A stretch of DNA of 6,457 bases. Source: Octopus sinensis. Lineage: Eukaryota. Each line of letters opens with the position of its first letter. Within the stretch, counting starts at the first letter, position 1. The notes below the pieces were generated by a model. The model had not been told where the DNA came from, did not search any database, and saw nothing but the letters and a program-made list of their open reading frames with translations. Positions 1-6,457 of this stretch are shown here, piece after piece. The stretch lies in the NCBI RefSeq assembly GCF_006345805.1, contig NW_021829323.1:1-6457 (forward strand). Reading direction: 5' to 3'. Both the position numbers and the translations under genes were made by a program.

Positions 1-80
1 TTGAACTAAGAACGTAGCGACGGGCGAACTATCGCTAAGCATTTCATCCAGCGTGCTAACGATTCTGCCAGCTCTCCGCC
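1..80 (-). mobile_element. tRNA-derived SINE, 5' head (continues off the left edge of the window)
   Basis: Minus strand reads GGCGGAGAGCTGGCAGAATCGTTAGCACGCTGGATGAAATGCTTAGCGATAGTTCGCCCGTCGCTACGTTCTTAGTTCAA. It has a Pol III A-box-like TGGCAGAATCG (70->60) and the start of a B-box AGTTCAA (7->1). It resembles the abundant octopus SINE head as I recall it; no search was run. Confidence 0.75.
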
Positions 81-81
<1 letters not shown>

Positions 82-135
<54 letters not shown>

Positions 136-163
136 CAAACAACAACAACAACAACGACAACAA
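82..163 (+). repeat. Compound (TAA)n-(CAA)n microsatellite
   Basis: Pure TAA run to ~132, then an imperfect CAA run to 163. Confidence 0.97.
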
Positions 164-260
164 CTGCTGCCTTAGATATTCTTACTGACAAATGACAAGA
201 AAAACCTCACAAGGACAAATACCCGAAAAGAGCTTATAGTTCCGATGTTGACAAAACCCT
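162..260 (+). mobile_element. Inverted partial copy of the R4/Dong-like LINE fragment (left arm of fold-back)
   Basis: Reverse complement of 305-404 with 10 mismatches over 94 ungapped positions (hand count). Translates TAALDILTDK*QEKPHKDKYPKRAYSSDVDKT. Confidence 0.85.
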
Positions 261-478
261 TCTGTTTCTGATTTTGTGCCAGAAGACACTAATCATTGAT
301 GGGTAGGGGCTTTGTCAACATCGGCACTATGAGCTCTCTTTGGGTATTTGCCATTGAGGGGTTTTTCTTGTCATTTATCAGTAAGTATATCTAAGGCAGC
401 AGTTTTAGCACGGGTTTCCATACGCTTAGTATTTTCCAGTGCCTGTTTCTTGAGATCTGGAATTTATTGTATTATAAA
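254..478 (-). mobile_element. Decayed R4/Dong-clade non-LTR retrotransposon ORF fragment (region between RT thumb and CCHC/RLE domain)
   Basis: Hand translation of the minus strand gives IPDLKKQALENTKRMETRAKTAALDILTDK*QEKPLNGKYPKRAHSADVDKAPTHQ*LVSSGTKSETEGF. This matches the R4/Dong motif W..K.LHG....DVD....WL..G.L..ETEGF, with TGA at both conserved Trp positions (373-371 and 295-293). Confidence 0.85.
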
Positions 479-481
479 TTT

Positions 482-504
482 GTTATTATTATCATTATTA
501 TTTA

Positions 505-574
<70 letters not shown>

Positions 575-585
575 TGATGATGATG

Positions 586-633
<48 letters not shown>

Positions 634-705
634 TAATAATAATAATAACAATAATAATAATAATGGTTTCTTTTGATAATGATGACGATGATGAAGAAGA
701 GGAGG
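482..705 (+). repeat. Compound (TTA)n / (AAT)n / (GAT)n / (GAA)n microsatellite
   Basis: (TTA)n at ~482-501, a long (AAT)n at ~506-664 with an internal GAT block, and a GAT/GAA/GAG run at ~675-705. Confidence 0.95.
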
Positions 706-1227
706 TGAAGGGAGATAAATAATTAATGAATTTCCTGGATCTATCCAAGAACTCAGTTAAAATATTGATAATGCATTGTTTTATAAAAATTAATTCTAAA
801 GGAATTCGAAAGAAAATTCCTTCAACATTTCTGGATAAAAAGTATATCGATCATCATCCCCCATCATCTATTGGTAAGCATTGTTATCGCCGGGTGGTCT
901 ACCAAATATTTGGTTGTCAGATAAATTCATTCGTCTTCCTTTTAATTTTTTAAATCTATTTTTATCCTCTCGAATGTTATTTGATTTAACCCGGAAACTA
1001 TTTTTATCGTAGTGTTTTATGCGTTTTTTTTTCTGTGGCTTTATTCTTTTTTTGAATAAATTTTAACACTTTTCAGATATATAACGATAATGTGGCAAGT
1101 TGTAAAGGCGAACGAACTTATTTAACAACCCAATTCAAAAATTTATGTATAGCAATTATGCGGGGTATTTTAAAGTTTGAGGAATTTTGTTGAATCATTA
1201 ACACAGCGGGTATCCTTATAAAATGAC

Positions 1228-1433
1228 ATTTCCTGTCCAGTTAAGAATATTCTAACTGTAACTTACAGTTGGGACAGCTATGGTATTAATACCTATTATC
1301 TTATTTTTAGCATTGAGTTCTGTTTTTTAAGTATTAATATAATTAGTCTATAATATTCCCTTATTATCTTTTCTTTCATTTGTGTAGTTGTACCATATCT
1401 AGTTCATTGATTCCATTTGTATGTCTGGGTTTG
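1228..1433 (-). mobile_element. Decayed R4/Dong-clade LINE fragment (RT C-terminal YKYLG motif and thumb)
   Basis: Minus strand with three frameshifts and one stop reads QTQTYK/GINELDMVQ/MKEKIIREYYRLIILILK/TELNAKNKIIGINTIAVPTVSYS*NILNWTGN. This matches the R4/Dong pattern YKYLGI....MKEKI..EY.RR...ILK.ELN.KNKI..INT.AVPV..YS....W. Confidence 0.88.
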
Positions 1434-1609
1434 GAAAAAAGTTTAACGACGCTCATACAGAAGGAATGAGAGTCAGTTCTTTATCTTCAACGAATTCTAC
1501 GAAATTCTCCCTCAATACACTATCAAGAGTACTTATTTTTGTATACATCCTTGGCGCAGTCAGATGTCCCTTTCTCCCACTCATTTTTCTCCTCTTCATC
1601 CTTCTCGCC

Positions 1610-1616
1610 CATCATC

Positions 1617-1700
<84 letters not shown>

Positions 1701-1779
1701 CCACCACCACCCACCACCACCACCCACCACCACCAACATCACCACCACCACAATCACCACCACCACCACCCCACTATCA

Positions 1780-1823
<44 letters not shown>

Positions 1824-1867
1824 CCACCACCACCCACCACCCACCACCACCACCACCACCCACCACT

Positions 1868-1899
<32 letters not shown>

Positions 1900-2073
1900 T
1901 ATCACCATCATCATCATCATCATCATCATAACCATCGTCATTATCATCACCATTATCATCATCATCACCTTCATCATCATCATCATCATCATCATCACCA
2001 TCACCACCCACCACCCCACCACCACCACACACCACCACCAACCACCACCACCACCACCACCACCACCACCACT

Positions 2074-2117
<44 letters not shown>
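1610..2117 (+). repeat. Compound (CAT)n/(CAC)n microsatellite with alternating blocks
   Basis: Four CAT blocks are separated by three CAC blocks. This array is the source of the poly-H/I/T/P/D/M ORFs. Confidence 0.97.
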
Positions 2118-2219
2118 ACCCAGCAAGAAAAAGACCATTCCCCAAGTCACAGATTTCCTGAACATTTCTCTGCAACGTTTATTCATCTTCGCCAACGGCA
2201 GTCTCTAACCATGGAATAT

Positions 2220-2270
2220 AAAACAAAACAAAACAAAGCAAAACAAAACAAAACGAAATGAATAAATAAA
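2220..2270 (+). repeat. (AAAAC)n pentanucleotide repeat grading into (AAAT)n
   Basis: aaaacaaaacaaaacaaagcaaaacaaaacaaaacgaaatgaataaataaa. Confidence 0.9.
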
Positions 2271-2659
2271 AGGGTTTGGTTTCTTAGGTTCTATGGCAGG
2301 AAAGGCCAAGGATATGGCAGATATTTCTTCCTCAAAAATACCCCGCTATCACTGCAATGTTAAAAGTGTATTTTAAACAGTGTACAATAAAACTTGGCGG
2401 ACATTACTCCGTCTTTTTCCTCGCTAAACAAACGTAAATTATTTTGCCTTAAACTAGGAATAAAGTATAATACGATGGATATAATACCACTACCCGATGG
2501 CTAAAGATGTGGCTTGGTTTTTTTTTAATAATTTATTTGTGTATTTATTAATTTTATTTTTATTGTGGAGGATTGTCTTTTTATTCCGCAATCGTAATGG
2601 CGTAACTTCAGACATCTTTCGTCTGTATCGACTAAGTCGATTACATACACATGTATCTA

Positions 2660-2713
2660 TACACGCACGCACACACGCATACACACACACACACACACTT
2701 ACACACACACGCA
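2660..2713 (+). repeat. Imperfect (CA)n microsatellite
   Basis: CA run with CGCA and CATA variants. Confidence 0.92.
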
Positions 2714-2862
2714 TATATATGGATGGATCAAAACAGTTTGATTTAAATTCGTTGGTACTCTTGAGTTTCAAGTACGATGCTAGTCGCCAGCCCTTTTGAA
2801 TTTGAAACACGTAACTCCCAATAAATTGCTTGAATGTCCTTCTTTCCATTGTTCACTCACGG

Positions 2863-2898
2863 TATATATATATATATATATATATTTACTTATATATA

Positions 2899-2968
<70 letters not shown>

Positions 2969-2983
2969 TATATAATATATATA

Positions 2984-3015
<32 letters not shown>

Positions 3016-3037
3016 GTGTGGTGTGTGGTGTGTGTGT
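2863..3037 (+). repeat. (TA)n microsatellite followed by short (GT)n
   Basis: (TA)n at 2863-3015 with a few phase shifts, then (GT)n at 3016-3037 abutting the SINE. Confidence 0.97.
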
Positions 3038-3330
3038 GGAGGCGCAATGGCCCAGTGGTTAGGGCAGCGGACTCGAGGTCGTAGGATCGCGGTTTCGATT
3101 CCCAGACCGGGCGTTGTGAGTGCTTATTGAGCGAAAACATCTACAGCTCCACGAGCTCCGGCAGGGGGTGGTGGCGATCCTTGCTGTACTCTTTCGCCAC
3201 AACTTTCTCTCACTCTTTCTTCTGTTGACCTGCCTGCTTAGCCAGCGGAGTGGCGTCATTTGAAGGCTAAAACAATGCGAAGCGCATTGTCACCATCGAC
3301 GTGCAGCAACATCTGATAACGTGGTCGATA
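3038..3330 (+). mobile_element. tRNA-derived SINE, apparently near full length (~290 bp)
   Basis: Starts GGAGGCGCAA, with A-box TGGCCCAGTGG (3048-3058) and B-box-like GGTTTCGATTCCC (3091-3103) at tRNA-like spacing. A ~220-bp GC-richer non-tRNA body follows, with no poly-T terminator after the head. Flanked by microsatellites. The 3' end is approximate. Confidence 0.88.
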
Positions 3331-3336
3331 GAAGAC

Positions 3337-3360
3337 ATATATATATATATATATTTATAT
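3337..3360 (+). repeat. (TA)n microsatellite
   Basis: TA run between the SINE and the fold-back. Confidence 0.92.
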
Positions 3361-3570
3361 AATTTCAACAATATTATGGAAAGGTCCTGATAGGCCATTC
3401 GACTCACCAGAAAGAGCAGCCAAACTCAAACCGCTAAGTAGTAGTAATTCAGAAATGTTTTTGATTTTCCTTTGATTTCTGAATTACTACTTTTAGCGGT
3501 TTGAGTTTGGCTGCTCTTTCTGGTGAGTCGAATGGCCTATCAGGGCCATTCCTTAATATTGTTGAAATTA
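3360..3570. repeat. Long inverted repeat / fold-back (MITE-like) embedded in (TA)n
   Basis: Arms at 3360-3456 and 3475-3570 differ by 4 mismatches and 1 indel over ~96 bp (hand count). The spacer is 18 bp, and TA repeats lie on both sides. Confidence 0.93.
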
Positions 3571-3665
3571 TATATATATAGTCTGTGACTATTTTCTCTT
3601 TCTCACTGGACCGCTGGTGGCGAAAAAATTTCTATTGAATTTTTTGCTACCATTATATTGATTAA

Positions 3666-3676
3666 TATATATATAT

Positions 3677-3717
<41 letters not shown>

Positions 3718-3718
3718 A
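3666..3718 (+). repeat. (TA)n microsatellite
   Basis: Imperfect TA run. Confidence 0.95.
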
Positions 3719-3941
3719 GAAATTTGAAGGATGGTTGTGATGGTATTACATTTATGTTTACATTACAATCATTTCAGCAATACATACTGAGCATAATGTC
3801 GTCTGAATTTAAGACTACAAGACAATAGACATGTTTTGTGGAGATACAAAACGATTGTACGAACAAATTGTAGAAAGAATATGCGTCTTGACGGTCTCTT
3901 GTAGAAAGTTATTCAGAAACTGCACAGATTCTTAGATAGAA

Positions 3942-4452
3942 CTAGCAGTATCGCCCGGCGTTGCTCGAGTTTGTAAGGGAAATAACTATATAAGCATTTT
4001 TAGAGAGTTACTTCCCTTATAGATGCCAATTCGGGCTTTCTTAGCCATTTCTGTTTTGGTGTCTTCAAGCCATGAAGTCGTTGTTCTAAAAGAACGCTGG
4101 TCTCCTTGACAACGCTTTACGACGTTGATTTGCTTACACTCCCTTCCCCACAGCTTCATGAGGGAGGGAAGAAGGGGAGAAGCAAACAGGTGCAGGTGTG
4201 ACCATGGACGCCAACTCCGCCGCCATCGACACACGAAAAATTATGCATTAAAATGGAATAAAAAATGATGTTAAATTATTTTAAAATCGTAGACTCATCG
4301 TAGACGCGCGCTAATACTCAGACGGACTCGATATGAATCACGACTATAAGATACCCGAATTTGGTTAAACTGCACCGCAAAATGTGGGAGGAGTTAGGAA
4401 TCTAAATCGAAGGGGACAGACACTCACACAACTACAGTTTTATATATATAGA
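3942..4452 (-). mobile_element. Non-autonomous Helitron, both termini intact (511 bp)
   Basis: Minus strand begins TCTATATATATAAAACTGTAG (4452->) and ends ...CTCGAGCAACGCCGGGCGATACTGCTAG (->3942). This gives 5'-TC, 3'-CTAG, an imperfect GC-rich subterminal hairpin (3954-3969) 8 nt before the CTAG, insertion between A and T, and no TSD. These are the canonical Helitron hallmarks. Confidence 0.88.
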
Positions 4453-4539
4453 TGATATAAGACGTTTTGAAACAGCCATTTTATTGATGTTCTTTTGGTG
4501 TCACTAATTTGGCACTAAGTTGACATCAGTCGTTTCAAT

Positions 4540-4625
4540 TTTTCTCTCGTTCTCTGCCTCATCTCTCTCGCTCTATTTCTCTGTTTTCTTTCTCTCTATC
4601 TCTCTTCCACACATTTCCTCTATCT
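4540..4625 (+). repeat. Degenerate (TC)n polypyrimidine tract
   Basis: Interrupted TCTC runs ahead of the GT array. Confidence 0.75.
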
Positions 4626-4649
4626 GCGTGTATATTTCTGCGTGCAGAA

Positions 4650-4862
4650 GTGTGTGTGTGGTGTGTGTATGTGTGTGTGGTGTGTGTGTGTATGTGTGTG
4701 TGTGTGGTGTGTGTGCGTGTGTGTGTGTGTGTTTGTGTATGTGTTTGTGTGTGTGTATGTGTGTGTGTGTGTATGTGTGTGTATGTGCGTGCGTTGTGTG
4801 TGTGTGTGTTTGTGTGTGTGTTTGTGTGTGTTGTGTGTGTGTGTGTGTATGTGTGTGTGTGT

Positions 4863-4917
<55 letters not shown>

Positions 4918-5007
4918 TGTGTGTTTGTGTGTGTTTGTGTGTGTGTGTGTGTATGTGTGTGTGTGTGTGTGTGTATGTGTGTGTATGTGTGTGTTTGTGT
5001 GTGTGTG
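4650..5007 (+). repeat. Long imperfect (GT)n microsatellite (~360 bp)
   Basis: GT run with GTAT, GTTT and GTGC variants. It is the source of the poly-CV/HT ORFs. Confidence 0.98.
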
Positions 5008-5207
5008 CATTTGCCTCCTGCGCTAAAAATTACTGATCCGAACACAGGCTAAACGTCCAGTCAACCGCGCCAAATAATCGATCTGCAAACAGCTACGCCA
5101 AATCGTCTCCTTTGGTTTTTTAAAAATGCTAACAGTTCTATAAAGCAAAGGCTGAAACATTGTTTGCTAATCAGCTTTTATGTCGTTTCTTAACGATCAT
5201 ATTTATA

Positions 5208-5336
5208 TAAGGTTGTCCCAAAAGTTCGTAAACATAAATGTCTTTATTTTGAGGAATAATTTTTTTGTTTTTGTTAGAACTTGGAGAGTAAAAATTCAAT
5301 TTTCGCAAGTGTTTACGAACTTTTGGGACAACCTAA
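5208..5336. mobile_element. Tc1/mariner-type MITE (~129 bp)
   Basis: Perfect 25-bp inverted repeats AGGTTGTCCCAAAAGTTCGTAAACA (5210-5234 and 5310-5334). The right terminus reads TTAGGTTG on the minus strand, like mariner TIR ends such as Hsmar1 TTAGGTTGG. The left flank is TA (5206-5207) and the right flank is TC (5337-5338, presumed mutated TA). The 75-bp interior is AT-rich. Confidence 0.88.
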
Positions 5337-5769
5337 TCTAAACAGATAACAGGAAATGGAATTGTTGTTTCTATTGTTGTTTGCAATTAAAAGAGTACGG
5401 GTAGTTACGTTGTTGCAAAAGCCTCACGTCTCCCCTACTGTTAGGTTCGGGATTAGTGTAGTGGTTGAGAGCAGGGGTTTCTAATTTCCATTTTGTGATT
5501 TCGAAAGGAAAATGTGTGGGCAAGAAATAGCAAGGAATATCAAGCAAGATGCTTTAGGGTTTGTAAAGAAGTGTAGTAGGTTTGTATGGGGTTGATTTTC
5601 CTCGTGGTATAAAGATTTTTATCAGAAAATAATAATTGTCTAAATTCTGGCGAAGGGGTAGCGTTGATCTGAGAAGTTGAAGATGGAGATGAACGCAGTA
5701 ATTCCTTCAGTTCCTAAGGGATTTTGGCGAATATTAAATAATTTTGTCAAGCTCTGAGGAGCGGCAATT

Positions 5770-6300
5770 GGTGCAGCTGTGGTCAATGCTTTTGTTACTG
5801 TTAGTTATTTTATTTTATATTATTTCGTTTTTGTTTTATGATTGTTGCTTTGCACTTGTCAACTAAAGCAAACATTGTTGAAGTTGGTATTGTTTCTAGT
5901 GTTCTTGTTGCTTCTACTGCTGTTCTTATAACTATTGTTGCTAACGGGAGTTTGCACTGAGTGTAGCTACAACGACTGCTAATGTTGCTAATGTCATTGC
6001 TGCTACTGCCGTTGTTATAGCCACTGTTGCTGATGGTTTTGTTGTTAATGTCGCAGCTGTTGTTATCGTTATTGCTGCACTTGTTGCCGTTAGCATACCT
6101 CAGCATCAACAACCATGTTTGCAGCTGATATTGTTGCTAATGTTGGTGTTGTTGTTGTTGTTGTTGTCATTCCTGCTGCCGATGCTTAAGTTGTTGTTGT
6201 TGCTAATGTTCCTGTCCCTAGTGCATGGATTGTTGCAACTGCTGCTCATACCACTGCTACCACCGTCGCAACAAAATACATCGCTACTGACGTCGAAACA
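5770..6300 (+). repeat. Old degenerate (GTT/GCT)n trinucleotide low-complexity region
   Basis: Recurrent TGTTGTT, TGTTGCT and TGCTGCT units, with a pure (GTT)n core at ~6147-6166. Confidence 0.75.
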
Positions 6301-6303
6301 TGT

Positions 6304-6333
6304 ACAAGAACAAGAACAACAAGAACAACAACA

Positions 6334-6393
<60 letters not shown>
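6304..6393 (+). repeat. (CAAGAA)/(CAA)n followed by pure (CTA)n microsatellite
   Basis: CAAGAA and CAA units to 6333, then an uninterrupted CTA run at 6334-6393. Confidence 0.97.
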
Positions 6394-6395
<2 letters not shown>

Positions 6396-6457
6396 ACGGC
6401 TGTTGCTCACTTCTATCGTCCTAATATACTTGCACATTTCTATTCCACCATCAGCAG

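Noticed and set aside
410-445. Possible degenerate hammerhead ribozyme on the minus strand (CTGGAAA-ATAC-TAAGC-GTAT-GGAAAC)
   Set aside because: The CUGANGA core is not matched, and the sequence is better explained as part of the R4 coding frame.
348-748. ORFs 348..722 (+) and 464..748 (-) with poly-N/D/I/L
   Set aside because: These are read-throughs of the AAT/GAT microsatellite. The non-repetitive start of the plus ORF is the antisense of the LINE relic.
726-953. 75-aa ORF with NFLDL, HHP and SSIGKH, faintly like Penelope RT/GIY-YIG motifs
   Set aside because: Motif spacing is inconsistent with a Penelope ORF and the matches are short enough to be chance. A translated search would be needed.
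1040-1150. Acceptor-like TTTTCAG at 1070-1076 followed by a possible small exon
   Set aside because: There is no convincing donor site or recognisable peptide, and such sites are common in AT-rich DNA.
1254-1270. Palindrome AACTGTAA-C-TTACAGTT
   Set aside because: It is short, lies inside the LINE coding relic, and is compatible with chance.
1421-2208. Overlapping poly-His/Ile/Thr/Pro/Asp/Met ORFs
   Set aside because: CAT/CAC arrays are stop-free in most frames, and phase slips switch homopolymers arbitrarily, so there is no evidence of coding constraint.
3038-3112. Functional tRNA gene
   Set aside because: The acceptor stem does not pair properly, the B-box has an extra T, no terminator follows, and the sequence runs into a SINE body.
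2490-3259. ORFs 2490..2849, 2497..2799, 2830..3084, 2886..3140 and 3059..3259
   Set aside because: They span (CA)n/(TA)n repeats or the SINE and contain no recognisable domains.
3760-3810. Minus-strand CAGACGA...GCTGAAAT resembling a hammerhead core
   Set aside because: The core has a mismatch and there is no credible stem II.
3986-4234. 82-aa minus ORF inside the Helitron
   Set aside because: It has no Rep or helicase motifs and is probably a chance ORF.
4520-5052. Poly-CV and poly-HT ORFs
   Set aside because: These are translations of the (GT)n microsatellite.
5540-5713. 57-codon stop-free minus frame (ELKELLRSSPSSTSQ...) after CCCTTAG, a possible terminal exon
   Set aside because: The polypyrimidine tract is weak and I recognise no homology. 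RNA-seq splice evidence would be needed.
5810-6437. ORFs 5810..6112, 6119..6424 and 6246..6437
   Set aside because: They are products of degenerate and pure trinucleotide repeats.
1-6457. CRISPR array, prokaryotic operon or novel multi-gene system
   Set aside because: There is no repeat-spacer array and no gene-dense organisation. The content is typical eukaryotic repeat-rich non-coding DNA.

Overview
This is an AT-rich eukaryotic, non-genic (intergenic or intronic) window built almost entirely from transposon relics and microsatellites. The SINE heads and extreme simple-repeat density suggest a coleoid cephalopod such as Octopus, which is an inference. I find no credible intact protein-coding gene: the supplied ORFs are mostly microsatellite or repeat read-throughs. 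Hand translation shows three decayed pieces of an R4/Dong-clade non-LTR retrotransposon that the ORF track misses: 1228-1433 minus, 254-478 minus, and an inverted partial copy at 162-260 plus that forms a ~100-bp-arm fold-back. Also present are two different tRNA-derived SINEs (1-80 minus, 3038-3330 plus), a second unexplained ~96-bp-arm fold-back inside a (TA)n array (3360-3570), an end-complete 511-bp non-autonomous Helitron (3942-4452 minus), a ~129-bp mariner-type MITE (5208-5336) and many SSRs, one with a higher-order structure. I see no evidence for a new multi-gene system. The most interesting signals are the two fold-backs and the association of elements with microsatellites.
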